A stretch of DNA of 64,000 nucleotides from Paraspadella gotoi. Taxonomy: Eukaryota; Animalia; Chaetognatha. Below are positions 13,143-27,301 of this stretch, piece by piece. Location of the stretch: contig CM119266.1 in the NCBI GenBank assembly GCA_051294375.1, forward strand, positions 14,364,755-14,428,754. Direction: 5' to 3'. Each line of letters starts with the position of its first letter. Position 1 is the first letter of the stretch. A program made the translations under genes and the position numbers. The notes below the pieces were generated by a model. That model searched no databases, was not told the origin of the DNA, and worked only from the letters and a program-made list of their open reading frames with translations.

Positions 13143-13334
13143 ATCATCTTGAACAGCATGCACAAGTACCAACCGCGCATCCACATCGCCAAGAAGCGCG
13201 ACGCCGCTTCCCACGCCATCAGTGGCGCCCCTGGCGGCGCCGTCGGCGACGTCGTCGAACTCGGCACCGACTTCAAAACGTTCGTCTTTCCGGAGACGAT
13301 CTTCATCGCCGTCACCGCCTACCAGAACCAGCTG
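13143..13334 (+). CDS. TBX20: Tbx20 T-box exon: [20 protein letters not shown]...[21 protein letters not shown]
   Basis: Acceptor ccttcAG and donor GTGAGT. Canonical T-box motifs [10 protein letters not shown] and AVTAYQN are present. Confidence 0.96.
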
Positions 13335-13539
13335 GTGAGTCTTTTTCTGATTTCTCATTGTCTATTATGTTTCTTTGTTTGCTTGTTTAAGTTTGTCCTT
13401 TTCGTATCAATGTTAACTTTCGGAAAGTCCACCATCGAGAAGTCGTCTTTCGCTTGAATCCTCGCTATCGAAATTCGATCTCTCTTTCTCTTTCTCTCTC
13501 TTCTTCCTGATCTCTCTTCTTCTCTCTCTTCTCTCTCCT

Positions 13540-13574
<35 letters not shown>

Positions 13575-13590
13575 GTTCTCTCTCTCCACT

Positions 13591-14798
13591 CCCTTAGTCG
13601 CTCCTTAATCTCTCTCTTCTCCGCCATATCGTGTCTCTTTTTATCGTCTCGGTCATTGTCGTCGTTCGTCCGAGTCGTCGTGTCTTCTGTTATTCCGTCG
13701 CGAATCTCAAAATACCTTTTTGCGCCGTTTGTCCGCACACGGTCGTCATTTGTCGTTATTCTTCGCCGTCCGCCCCCACCACACCCCCACCACCACCCCC
13801 TTACTCCTCTTTTCGTCATTTGGGGATCGCGTCCTGTGGAAATCATCGTTTTTCCCGATCCTTTGCGTCATTAATTCGGAGAAAGTCGTTCTCGTCGTCG
13901 TCGCTCGTCGTCGTCCGTCGTCGTTCGTCGCCTGCCTAATGACATTTCAACAACTCGATTCTTCAGAGCCTCCGGCTTCGACGGATCAATCAGCTTTGAC
14001 CTTCTTGTTACCGTGTGCTCTCCTCTTCCGTTTCTCCTCCTCCTCCCCTCCTCCTCTTCTCATATTCTGACCTACAACTTCCAATTTTTTGATCCGAGAG
14101 GAGAGAGGATTCACACCAGCGGCGCGTCAATTCGTTCCGATGACGAGTAATCCCCTTTCCGCTTCCCCAATCACCCTCAAACCCCTATCCCCTTATCCAT
14201 TCCCTATCCTACTTTTCTCTTTCCCTTATCCGGTTTACTCATTTCATTTACCTTTCCCAACACGGTTCTTTCTCCTTCCTTTTCCCCCGGTCCCACTGCC
14301 CTTTTATTTTCATAGCCCGTTTTTAACCCCCGCTTGAATATCAATTGCCTTTGTGTTTTAAGCTCCGTATTTCATCAGCCCCGACAATTCCCTTTCACTT
14401 TGCCATTCCACCATCCGGCCCTCCCACCATCCCGTTTCCCACCATACAAAGTCCCCATTTTTCTCCCGATTGCTTCTATAATTTCCCTCCTTCACCCACC
14501 CAGACCTCTCACCCAAATCTCCCTCAAACCCACCCCCCAACACCCTCGTCCGCTTCGGCCTCTCCCTTACCAATTACCCCCGGCAGATTCTTTCGCCTCA
14601 TTAGTGATCGAGGCGACGCCGGATGCCCCTTTATTATTTTTTCTTTCCTTTTTTTTTTTTTTTCTAAGGGGGAGGGGTCGATGCGCGTACTATTTTGAGG
14701 CCATTTCGATAGGCATGTATGTTATTTGCGCATGGCAGTTCGCCATTTCGTATCCTCTGTCTTGTTCTCTCTCCTCTCTCTCCTCTCTCTCTCTCTTC

Positions 14799-14835
<37 letters not shown>

Positions 14836-15721
14836 CTCCTCTCTTCTCCACACGTTTATCTCCTTTCCTCTCTTCTCCTTTCCTCATTTTTCCTCGCCCG
14901 ATTTCCTCTACTAATTCCTTCTCTCCAGTCATCCTTTTCAATTCTTTCCGAACTCAAATTCAAACTCCGACTCACTTTCAACGACTTTCTTCATTTTTTT
15001 TTCTTTCTTTTTTATTTTCAAACGATTTTTCTTCTCTTTCTTTCTCTTTATCCTCACCCTATTTGACTTTTTTCCTTCGGTTAGTTTCGCTCTTCTTTTT
15101 TATGTATCCTATCCCTCTTTTTTTCTTCATTGGAACCGATGACTTCATAATTATGAGTTTAAATGAACTTTTATTCTTTTCCAATAACCCAGATAATTAA
15201 AACTGGAAGTCACTGTTTTTCAATTTAATTATATTTGTTTTTAATTTTTTTTTTTTTCGTATAACATCATCTTCTCCCGCTGTAAACATTTTTTGGCTCT
15301 CCCGCCTGTGTGTGTCGTCGTCGTGTCGTCGTCGTCGTCGTCGTCGTCGTCGTGTCGTCGTCGTGAACTGACGAGGGTTCGGAACAAAAATATCAGATTT
15401 GGTAGAAATTAAGACCTTCATAATTTGGCTCACTTTTTGAGAAAAAATCTTTTTCGTTATCGCGTCTCTCGCTCCATTATCATCGGAAGGGGGGTATACA
15501 GTATCTTGGGATGAACGAAATGTCTCCTCTTTAATCTATAATAATTTTTTTAATGTTTAGTTTGATATGAACTATTTCCAGAAGCCTAGTTTTTAAAAAT
15601 AAAAGTAACACCTAAACAGTTTACTGTGATTTCTGGTCTTCGGTCTTCATTAGAAGACTCGTATTCTCGCCCTCTTTGCTTCTCTCATATGATCTCCTTC
15701 CCCGCTGATGCCGACCCGCTG

Positions 15722-15810
<89 letters not shown>

Positions 15811-17016
15811 ATCGTTTTTGGAAGTTTTTAAAAACAATCGCGTTTGAAATTTAACGATTTTTTTGACGACGGTTTTGTTACACCCTTCTCGGCCGTCCGC
15901 CATTTTTGGTGCGAGGCGGAAGAACTTGTCAAAAGCCTTTGACGCCGACGGCGGGTGACGAAGACGACGATGACGAAAAAGAAAATGCGGCGACGACGAC
16001 GACGACGAAAAACGACGATAGCGAAGAAAAGAAAGCGAAGAAGCCTTATTTTCTTTAACGCGTTTTTCCCGGCTTCCCTTCTAATCTGTTTTTCATCGGT
16101 GTTGTGGCTGCGAGGGTGTGCTATGGCAGAAGCCTTTCACGCTCCTCACTCGGCAAAACCCCTTCTCTTCCTCCCTTCTGCACCCCCCACCCCCACTCCA
16201 CCCCCCTTTCCACTTCTTCCAATTCTTCGCCATTTTGTCCGACGGAATCCAGTCCTCTTTCTCCCGACTTATTTCTCCCCCAAATTATGGCGAGTCCGAC
16301 GCGTTTAGCGGTTTTCTCGCTAATCCAGAACCGAATTTTTTTTTTTCGTCGAAGTTCGGTCTTCGTGCGCCGACTTGGCGTCTCATTTTCCGGCCCACTT
16401 CCGCCCTCTCAGCGCGCGAATATGCTTTCAGATTAAAAAACATGAAGCCTAAACTACCGATCAGAAAAAATCATAACAAGAGCAATAAGACGTATTTTTC
16501 GCCCAAACATCGCGTTTCTCTTCCAGATTTTCGCGCCGCGAGTTTATGTTTCTCGTAATGGAGGCTGGCCGCCGGGCCGCGGTCGGCGCTTCTCTAAACA
16601 CTTTCATTGCCAAACGCGGAACCTCCGTTATTTTCTTGTTGTTTTTTTTTTGTTTTTTTTCTTCATCTATAGTTTAGCAGAGGCGCTCTGTGTCGGTTTT
16701 GAATAATACAATTGTTAAAAAATCGTTAAATAGTGTATAGTTTTCAAATTAAGGACGAGTGAAAACTTTGAATTACTCCTGTCCCTTTTGGTAGGACCTG
16801 TTCAATCATCGGTAAAGCCGTCGCATAGCCCGCCAATGATTTAAATAACATTTATGCCAAGAAACGGAATTTGCCGACGCAGGAAGAGACGGCAAAGAAT
16901 ATTAAAACAAAGGATCAAATTTTCTTTGTTTTTTTCTTTTCTTGACCCGTTTTGTTGTTTTATGCGGGTTTTTGAGATTCGAAAAATTTCGCTGCCGAAA
17001 GATTTGTCGTTGTTGT
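13591..17016 (+). repeat. Direct duplication A, copy 1 (~3.4 kb of Tbx20 intron); copy 2 at ~27913-31370
   Basis: Colinear from CCCTTAGTCGCTCCTTAAT to GATTTGTCGTTGTTGT in both copies, differing mainly by small indels. Copy 1 ends exactly at a 25-N gap. Confidence 0.93.
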
Positions 17017-17041
17017 NNNNNNNNNNNNNNNNNNNNNNNNN

Positions 17042-17927
17042 GTCGTCGTCGACGTCGTCGCCTAATGACATTCCAACAACTCGATTCTCAGAGCCTCCCG
17101 GCTTCGACGGATCAATCAGCTTGACCTTCTTGTTAACCGTGGCTTCCTCTTCCGTTTCTCCTCCTCCTCCTCCTCCTCCTCTTCCCATATTCTGACCACA
17201 TCTTCCAATTTTTGATCCGAGAGGAGAGAGGATCTCACCAGCGGCGCGTCAATTCGTCCGATGACGAGTAATCCCCTTTCCGCTCTCCCAATCACCCTCT
17301 AACACCCCTATCCCCTTATCCATTCCCTATCCTCTTTTCTCTTTCCCCTACGTATCCGTTTACTCATTTCATTTACCCTTTCCAAAATCTCCTTACGCGG
17401 TTCTTCTACTCCTTCCTTTTCTCGCTCCGGTCCCCACTGTCCCTTTTATTTTCATAGCCCGTTTTTAACCCCCGCTTAATATCAATCGCTTTGTTGTTTT
17501 AAGCTTCCGTATTTCATCAGCCCCGACAATTCCCTTTTCACTTTGCCATTCCACCATCCGGCCCTCCCACCATCCCGCTTTCCCACCATACAAAGTCCAC
17601 CATTTTTTCTCCCGATTGCTTCATAATTTCCTCCTTCACCCACCCAGACCCTCTCACCCAAATCTCCCTCAAAAACCCACCCCCCAAACCCTCGCCGCTA
17701 TCGGCCTCTCCCATTTATCCAATTACCCCGGCAGATTCTTTCGCCTCATTAGTGATCGAGGCGACCGATGCCCTTTTATTTTTTTCTTTCCTTTTTTTTT
17801 TCTTTTTCTAAGGGGGAGGGGTCGATGCGGTACTATTTTGAGGCCAATTTCGATAGGGCATGTATGTATTTGCGCAATGCGCAGTTCGCCATTTCGTAAT
17901 CCTCTGTCTCTTTCTCTCTCTCTCTCT
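17042..17927 (+). repeat. Third, partial copy of duplication A (equivalent to ~13915-14790)
   Basis: GCCTAATGACATT..CAACAACTCGATTC..GGCTTCGACGGATCAATCAGC through TTCGCCATTTCGTA..CCTCTGTC. It starts right after a 25-N gap and ends in a CT tract. Confidence 0.92.
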
Positions 17928-20900
17928 ATGAACCCTTCTTTTGGAAGATTTTCGCATAAGAAAGATTAAATTTCACAGAATTGACTCCGCGATATATGAA
18001 ATCTTAGAAGTATCGATTCGTTAGCTCCTCATGTTACTATATTTACCCCTATTAAATAAAAAATTCAAACACCAAAATGGAATCTAATTCACTTATAACA
18101 AAATAGATCGAATCATATCAAAATAAAACAAATAAATGTAAAGAAAAATGTCTTGAGAAGCCTATTCAGACACTATATGCCAAAAGGATTCCAAAATTGG
18201 ACCTCATATTGTTGAACACACAGGAAACATACACCTCAGTCACGTTTATAATCTGTTTTCAAAGGAAAAAAATATCATTCAATTTCTATAATAAAATCAG
18301 AGAATAGGAAAATTTTAATCCGAGTATACCAGAAGCCAGTCCTATAATAATTGGTTCTGGCATTGTTTGAAATATCAAAGATATGTTAGATAAGGATATT
18401 GAAAAGAGAGAAAAAAAAAATGCGAGCCACTATGCAGAGAAAAAATATAACAGATGCCACACAAACAGGATTCGGAATCAGATATATATTTATGAAGAAA
18501 AAGAAATCAAAAAAAAGAAAAACAAAAATTAAATAATTAAGTTGATTTTACAATCGATATTATATTACCGAAAGACATTTTTAACGCCTAAAGAGTAGAA
18601 TGTTTATAATGTTATGGTAGTACAGATTTAGAACGAAACTCCATTGAAAAAGTAACTATCTGATAACTCTTAAGAACGGAACGTATACTCCATAATTCAC
18701 CAATTTATAATGTATTATTTGTTATCAGAATAGATCTGTGGCTAAATCCAGCAAATGACTAAACATGATAGAACAATGGCAAAATATCACAGCCATGTTA
18801 TACATATAATAAATTCGATCGAGTACAATTATTAATTTTAAATATTATGTCGACTGTCTTACCGAGGAAAATATAATTCGAGCAAACAGTCACACAACAT
18901 AAACAACAAACAGAGTGTTCAAGTTTTAAATCCATTCCTACAATCTTCCTTCATAGTGAAGTTATTAACGCACACATAACTATATTACATATTAAGAATA
19001 CTAATTTTCCACCAATTAGTTGACCCTACCTTTTTTCGTTGCCGCAAATTCTGCACCCTCAGGTCCAAGTTTTCACATAACGCGTCCTGCGCAAAACGTG
19101 GCGTAGTGGGCAGTCGCACGGACATCGTCTCACTCATATCATCTTCATTCCGGTCGAACACTGGATAGTCGGTATATTGAGTCACAAAAAGAACAGCACT
19201 CTAGGCCAAAAGCGAGGCTGTAGAAAGTTTCTATCACTTCGCCGATCGGCGAGCGCAAATTGGGAAGGAAACGTCTTCGCTAGCATATACTCCCCGAAGC
19301 CATACGCAAGTAATGAACTTGAGGCTGAGAGACTAATTGAGGAATCTGTTGACACTAATAAACAAACAGAAACAGCAGACGAGAACGACGATGTATGCGA
19401 ATAAAGCGGTATGAAAACTCAACACACTCAACCAGGATTCAATGAGTTTAAACTTCATATATTATTTGACAAAACTATTATTTTTGGGGCATAGGCACTA
19501 TTAACGACATCGGGAAAATGGAGAGAGAAACTTTGAAAATAGTAATATACTGTCCACTGTATAAGATCACATTCCATTAATAATTGAGAAGCTTCTATCA
19601 TCCCTCCCCTTTTTTTAAATCAGTATGAATTAAATAACACAGATAATCCGATTGAGAAAGGTATCACGATCGGGTATTGAGTCCTCGGAACCGGTCTCGT
19701 CTCCTTATCATGACCCATACGAAATGCTGATGACGGAGACGCAAGGTGGGAGGACGACGAACGAACGACTCGTAACAGAACGACGACAGCGAAACACGAA
19801 AGGAGATCGTCGAATCGTAAATCGTCCCAAACTCGATCCGCCTCGAACACTAAAAACGAAAATGAATAAAGCTCTAACGTATCGAAATCGCGCTCATCAG
19901 GAATCAACAGTCCCGTCAGAAGTTATTCCAATCGACGTTCACAAGCGATTAACTTATAAACAGCTTAATATCAGGCCAACGTGATCGACAAACTTTACGC
20001 ACAGGATATGGCCGATCGGCGGGCTCTTATCGAAATCCCTTCTGTAGGTTTTGTTTGGAGAAACCAATTTTGCACCCAACCCTTCTAGCCATCCTACCTC
20101 ACACGAAGTGCCATCAACGAGAAATCTCCGACTTCGCTCATCGACTCCTCCGGCGCCGGGATTCGATCGGTGAGGGTAGCGGCCGCCAAGAAGCGCAGAT
20201 CTAACACCTATAAGCCTACGGGCTAGCTCCTCAGGGCGTTGTCGAGATTGAAAACCCGTGAGAAGAGGGGAAGGGCGGAGGTTCGTAGCGCAAGACGGAT
20301 TTGATGGAATGAGATGGAGGGATGAATTATTTGAATTGACGTCTGTTGAAATTTGGCTTAAAGTGGCGGGACTTTTAAATTCGAGACTACCTCGTGATTC
20401 TACCATTCACCTATCTCATCTGGTAGGTCTTTTTTTTTTTTATTTAATTATTCAGCTCGTCTCCGAGTTGTATACCGGATTTGATCAATACAAAAAATAC
20501 GAACTACTGTCCTACCACGAGAGCTGTGCAAAGCAAATCTTTTATTATTTATGCTAAGTAGTGACGTTTTTGTCCCATCACAAGGAAGCAAATAGTCACA
20601 AACAGTGTATTCATACTATATAAGTCATAACATATTAATAAAATATTAGAAATTATAAAATACGGGACATTTCCGAGGTTCATTCGTTGAAAGAAGCGTC
20701 CTCAATACGTCCCTAAGCCACGAAAAAAAAAATGCAAGTCTCCTAAATACTTAAGTTAAGAAATTTTTAAAATTGACCCACATTATTGTAACTGCCTTAA
20801 TTAATATGAATCATTAGAAATCATAAGAGGAATAAGATTCATATAATTGTTAGGTTGATTGGGAGTATGTTGGTTGTATTTTCACTTGATAAATTACGAT

Positions 20901-23900
20901 GATAGAATCAGTAAATTCGACAAATTGTTTTATCTAAGATTCTATAATGTCAAATTTCACAATTTTAAGAAATTATTCATTGCGCAGCAAAAATACTTAT
21001 TATAAAAAAGAAAACGTGCATTTTTTAGTTATTCACAATGTAACCCTTTAAACGATTATTTATTACTATAAATATTGGACTTAAGCATTCGGAAATAGTA
21101 TAACGGTACTGAATATATTTTCTTTTTTTATTCAAGTAATATGTAGAACTGACTTAAAAAAGTCAATATGGATGACATTTTTGTTATTTATTTAAATATT
21201 TATAAAATTTACACATCTATTTTCTCACAAAATGTGGCAAAAAGCGCATTTACAAATGTCATATAATACAATAAATAATCATCGCCAATAAAAAATACGT
21301 ACCACTTCAATTTAGATGAATATGCCATTTATTCATTTGAGTTAACAAAACATGTAAGATTTGGTTATGCATCGTGCATATACTCTTTTAGACTCATAAA
21401 GTTGCAATTATATTATTGTTACGGAACTGAAGGTAAAAATATAATACTTGTTTTAAAAATTTCATATAGAGAAATTTAATTATTACTACATCTCAACACT
21501 GTGATAAAATAAACATTATATCCACATTATGTTTTATTGAGCTTATCTGGTTATTTAAAAGGCAGTAGGGACTTTCGGATCTTTGATAAGACAATACAAA
21601 TTCCAAACTTCTGAGCTCTTAATTAATTTGAAAACAATTGAGATAAGTTTTGACTGTGATTTATGCGAGAGATAGGATGTTAATAATTTGTTAAAATTGC
21701 CTAAAATAAATCCTTATGATCAATTTTTGATTACATTGAATAATTTATATAAAAAAATCTGTTTACTTTATTGCAGCTCGATATTTAATAGACATAAACC
21801 TGGATGATATTGGCTGATTAGCAGCCTATCTTATCTTTTGATGGTTAAGAGGTAAGCAATTTCTGTTCGCCAATGAACTTTTACATATATAACCTTGAGA
21901 AAGAAAAAGTTTTTTTTTTTTTGCAACAATTTAGTTGAAAAAATAGGAACTAATAACGAAGAGTTTTATTATTTATTATTTAATTAGAAAGTTAGAACTA
22001 CTAACAATAGAAGATTATTTTTATACTACTACAGTTTTGAATGAAATTTTTAGCTACATCTCACCGAATTTCTCCTTTCTCTCTCGATCCCCTGCCGCAA
22101 TAATTTATATTTTTTTTGTTGAGAATAATAAGGCGGTTCGAGACTTAAGATTTATTTGTAACAATCTGCAATTTATTATGGATTGAATAAAAAGTTTGTC
22201 CATCCCAGCATTCTAATTTTCTTTATCATTATCAGAAATATTGTATATAAACTATTATTTTCGAGCTAATGAGAGAATGTCTCCAAAGGGAGGCAACCGT
22301 CCGCCTCGAAAACTAGGGCGGACGGGACTGAGACCAATGACCAACGGAATCAGCTCTCGCTCCCGGCCAGTGCCACCCACTACACGAAGTATATTCCCAA
22401 GGGCGATAACTCCAAGCGAAGTAGAAGGAGTTTAGATTCCTAAATAGGTCAAGCTTCATTGGGAGGACGGAGCTGGACAGGATTGGTGGGAAAGCGGCGG
22501 GGCCCGGGACCCGAGGGCGGCTTATATGAACACAGTCGCAGAGCTAGGCCAATGCGGAAAGAAGATCTTCCTCAAGAGGCCGTCGACGACATGTATGATC
22601 AACAAGATCTGCAAAAAGAGTGCAAACCGACCTTCTGCATTAATCCGGCTCGGTCGAGCCTGCTTCAACTAACACAAAAATAAGCACTAGTTCTTCTGAC
22701 GAATAATTTTTAAAGAAAAAATTAAAACAGCCAAAAATAAACCAGGAGAAAGCGCAAGCAACCATTACGTATCTAACGCAATTCAGCACTATACTATTGG
22801 ATTGGAATTTATTTTATCACCGGCGCATTCGGGTTATTCCGCGTGCTCCCAGAGATCTTTCCCTCCACTATTCAGTTCTCTACAGCCCTATCTCACTTTA
22901 CCCGCGCCGCACACAAGATCAGTACCATATACATTATCGACCAGTTGGTCTCCGTATTCAAATATTCCAACCCCAACAAAAAGTATAGTAAACTCATCAG
23001 GCCACCCCATGACTCTTACACTCATAAAGAGACCCTGCATCCACCGAGTGTCGAAAATATGGACTTTTTATATAGTAACTGCAGTTTCCGGCACGAGGTC
23101 CCATCCCCTCACCACGCAAGATAACCACCGAAAGACAAAAGATCGATATCCTCCTCCATAAGACGGAGAGAAGAAAAGATCCAAACGCAAGGTGGAGAAG
23201 CAAACATTTATGAGAAGACCAAGCCGGAAGGAAGGAGAAAGAGGCGCCTCACGCAATCCTACAGGTCTCAGAAAGACCGAAAAGATTCTATCTCTTCTCC
23301 ATCGAGCACGCGCAGAAACCGAGGAGCATGCGAATCGAAGGGAAGGAGATTTGAGAAGAGAACATAAATCGGAGCATTTAACTCCGGACAAGAAAGGGAG
23401 TTGGCGGGGGAATACGAGCTAGTAATAATTATTAGCCAAAGAGAAAAAGAAATACAAGCGTCTGATATAGCATAGAATTGAGGAAACAGACTTACCTCAG
23501 AAGAGCAGAGAGAGCTAATTCAAAGAATATCATGGGAAAATACGACATGCAAGACCACTTATGGAGATGACACCAGAGCGCAAAGCATATATGAGAATTC
23601 CGATCGAATGCTCTCAGATGTATCGAAGGGCGATTCATGAAAACCAGTATGCCTTATCGGAAAGGAACGAATAAGAAGTTATTTGTTCATCTACCTCTGC
23701 GAGAGAAAAGGAGCGTCTTTCCTTCCTAACGCGTTTGACATAAAAAAAAGGATCCAGCCACTTAAGACCATGCGAGAGCAATCATCGCAAAAAACTCAGT
23801 GAATGATAACGTCTTGTAGCACGAAGAGATACGATCACTTAATGAAAAAAAAATCGATAGATACACCGATATGGTATTCGCGCCAAAATACACCAACCAA

Positions 23901-26189
23901 GACTTTACCACGGTACCTGTTGCGCAAAATATCACGAACGCACATGATATGTATATTTTTTTAAAGACGCAATATAATGACGAATTCCACAACGTTTCGT
24001 ATGAGGAATATCGATTCTGTTATTATTAAAACCATACCTCCAAGCCTCATTCATGTTAATAAAGAGGAGAAAGAGAACGTACGAAAGATCCAAAAATACA
24101 CGGAAGACGGAAAAATCTAAAAAGAAGAACAAATTAGATCGTATATCCTTTGCTATGGTAAATAGTTTGGATTATGCTTATGGGAGGAGATATGTCCGCC
24201 GAGAGAGACGGCGTCAAACATTCACTTGCCAAAGAAAAAGCGAAGGAGTGCAGGTGCCATATGTAGCTTCGTTGAAGACGAGTCGCCCGAGATTACAAAC
24301 CGCGGATCTCAGAAATATGCTGATGTTGTTCTCCTTGTTCAGAATAATCAAATTAGTCTCTCTTTTTGAATACTTCGAGTCGGATCTTCACAACCCGAAT
24401 AGTTAAAACGCCCGTCGACGATTCGTCAGACGGAGATGATGTATAAGTCGGCAGCAGGTTACAGCATTATGCCAGTTAAGGAAAAAGTGCAAAATGTCTT
24501 AACCGCCCAAAATGAAATACAGCGTAGACGGGAACATAGCAACACGGAATGTAAGGAGAACCACATAAATGAAACATCACATATCGGGAGGAGATCATAA
24601 AAGAGAGCGCACTAGTGTGCAAGATCTGGAATAACTTGAATGTAGAGGAATGAAGCATATGCACGAAACATTGAAAAAAGAGGCTAATATTATTTGTGTA
24701 GTTGGGAGGGGAGAGCCAGACGGAATGTAGAGCAGTCTTATCACGCACGACAAAATAAAATAAAAATATAAATTTAAATAAATTTTTTATTTTAATAAAT
24801 ACAAAAAAAAAAGGAATATATTATAAAATTATAAAACATAAATGGAATATATGAAAAAAATAAAAAATATTAAATATTTTTTTTATTTTTTTAATTTTTC
24901 ATATTTATTCCTAGAATTGGGTAATAGGGGAAAAAAATTTAAAAAAAAATAAAGTACCAATTAGTTGGTATTATGTCTCATAGGATGGGAAAAAAACCTC
25001 ATTTAAAAATTTTATCGGGGGAAGTGAGGGTAACTAAGGCTTACCAATGGCATCCTCCACGCCGATTGTTTCTCTTCAATAATTTTTTTTTATTTAATAA
25101 CATTTGAAAGGGTATAAAAAAAGAAAATTCAGAATTCAGGTTGTAAAAAGGGTATCAGATAATCTGGACTTACTGACATGAAAACCATGAACCTTTTATA
25201 TCTTGTGAATGGGGGCAGTAAAGATATCTAAAAAAATTTGATCATTAAGTCAGTCCAATGAACACTTTCTAATGGCTATTACGAGAATATTTTTTCTAAT
25301 TAAAAAATGGGATGATAAAATAATAGAATTAAATTTCCTTGCTATATTTAAAAGAAATTATCAAATACAATTTAACAACAATGGAAAAAAAAAATGTCTT
25401 GCTTGTCAAATATATTGCCAGCTATATAATTTTTTAAAAAATTTTATTATGATAAACAAGCAGTGTGTCAAGCTTTTAGTTTGCAGTGAAAGAATAATAA
25501 AAGATTGGACGATTTTTTTTTTCCAGCAGACAAGAAGGTAGATGTCCAGAACTGTTTATATCAGCCTGAAAACATTTTTTGTAAATTATCATTTTTGATA
25601 TTTAAAAAAACTTTTAATCAAGCTACAACAATAAATTTTTGCTTGTTTTTTACTTAACTTAAAATATAAGCAGTTTTATGGAATAAAGAAAATTTAATAA
25701 TAATCAAAAATGTATTCATCTTTCGCTTTTTCAAATTATAAAAAGAAAATAAAAATTTCATATGCCTTCATTAAAATTTTTAAAGGCAAAAACTGTTATA
25801 GCTTTTAACTCGTGATTTAAACAAAAGCTGTGTAAAAGATTTATGGATTTAATTTTAATAAAACTTTTTTAAAAAGGTGTCCCATGATTTAGGGCTTTCA
25901 ATTTGATACCAACACCCATCTTGCTAGCTCTTTTCTTTCAAAAGTTTATTTAAAAAAATAACTTTTTCAAAATACACGTACAAATCTTGTTAAAATAAAT
26001 TTCGACAAAGCGGGGTAATCCTCGATTTCTATTTCTATTTGATACCACGATGACTTATTACATTTGTTAAGATACAAACTTGAAGAAATTGTTTTCTGAG
26101 TCAATTGTTGTAAACCATATCAGCTTTCCAGATGTATACCACGCAGACATCGTATAATAATTTATTTATTTACTTCCACCAAAAAAAAG

Positions 26190-26445
26190 CCCTAATTAAA
26201 AAAGTTGAAATTTTTTAAAATTGTTAGAAAAAAAAAATTTCCTGCGACTATGCTCATTGAGAATAATGGTTTGCATCAGAAAATCAAAATATCAAAAAAA
26301 AATAAAAAAATCAGCCCTAGAAAATCGAAAGGCTAGAGCTGATGTTTTTTAGAAAATGCAAAATTTTTTTCCTAACTCGAACCATTATTCTCAAGTTTCA
26401 AAAATATTTTTTTCCAAATCATTCATCAATTTTTTATTAATTAAA
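26190..26445. mobile_element. AT-rich palindromic (foldback/MITE-like) element remnant
   Basis: Concentric inverted repeats: TTGAGAATAATGGTT (26257-26271) / AACCATTATTCTCAA (26380-26394), perfect 15 bp; ATCAGCCCTAG (26310-26320) / CTAGAGCTGAT (26333-26343); and weaker outer AT-rich arms. Confidence 0.5.
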
Positions 26446-27020
26446 ATGTTTTATGACTGTTGTTTTTGTTTGAAAGAATTGAAAAAAGTGAAAAATATAG
26501 TAATTATATAAGGTTTTTTTGGAAATAACTTAAAATATTAGATAATTAGACACAAGGGGAGTAAGCAGAGAAAACTTTCCCATTCATAAAAAAATTGAAA
26601 TGAATTTGTTCAATATTGTTATTTAGATTAATTGACTAATTTACAAACATAATGATACATGATAACACTTGAGGAAATGAATGGTAAAAATATTCATCTT
26701 GATCTCAGTTTAACTATTAAGTTATAGTTAAAGAGTTTTGTTTTAATAATATTAAATATTTTTTTTGGGCATTTATAAAAAGCAATGGTTCAAAATTTTT
26801 AAGCGTTTCGAGCTCATATTGCTTTTCATCTTTTTTACTATTTTTGATCGTAGTTAGCTTTTTTGTTGATGGTCAGGGTTATGGTCAGAAACAGTAATGT
26901 CCAGTAGTGTAACTATCGCAATTTACCAAAAGTTAATAATCAATTAATTTGGTTCAGAAACAATTTAAAGGGACAAAATCAGCACGAGACCGTAACGCAC
27001 GTTATTTTTATTGTGTCAAT

Positions 27021-27162
27021 AAATAAACATTAAACAAGGGATAAAGTTGGAGAATCTTCTGGTGGGTTTGGCAAAGTCGATGCGAAGAAAGCGATAGTCG
27101 AGACCGACGATTGTAAAACACTATCTTCAAAATGTCTTCGAAATGTCACTATCGGATTGGAG

Positions 27163-27207
<45 letters not shown>

Positions 27208-27214
27208 GAGAGAG

Positions 27215-27301
<87 letters not shown>

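Noticed and set aside
22241-24750. Possible retrotransposon ORF remnants
   Set aside because: No RT (YxDD), integrase, zinc-knuckle or endonuclease motif was found by eye, so a call cannot be supported.
25164-26904. CTGGACTTACTG / CAGTAATGTCCAG as terminal inverted repeats of a 1.7 kb element
   Set aside because: The match is short and gapped, the flanks do not extend it, and there is no TSD.
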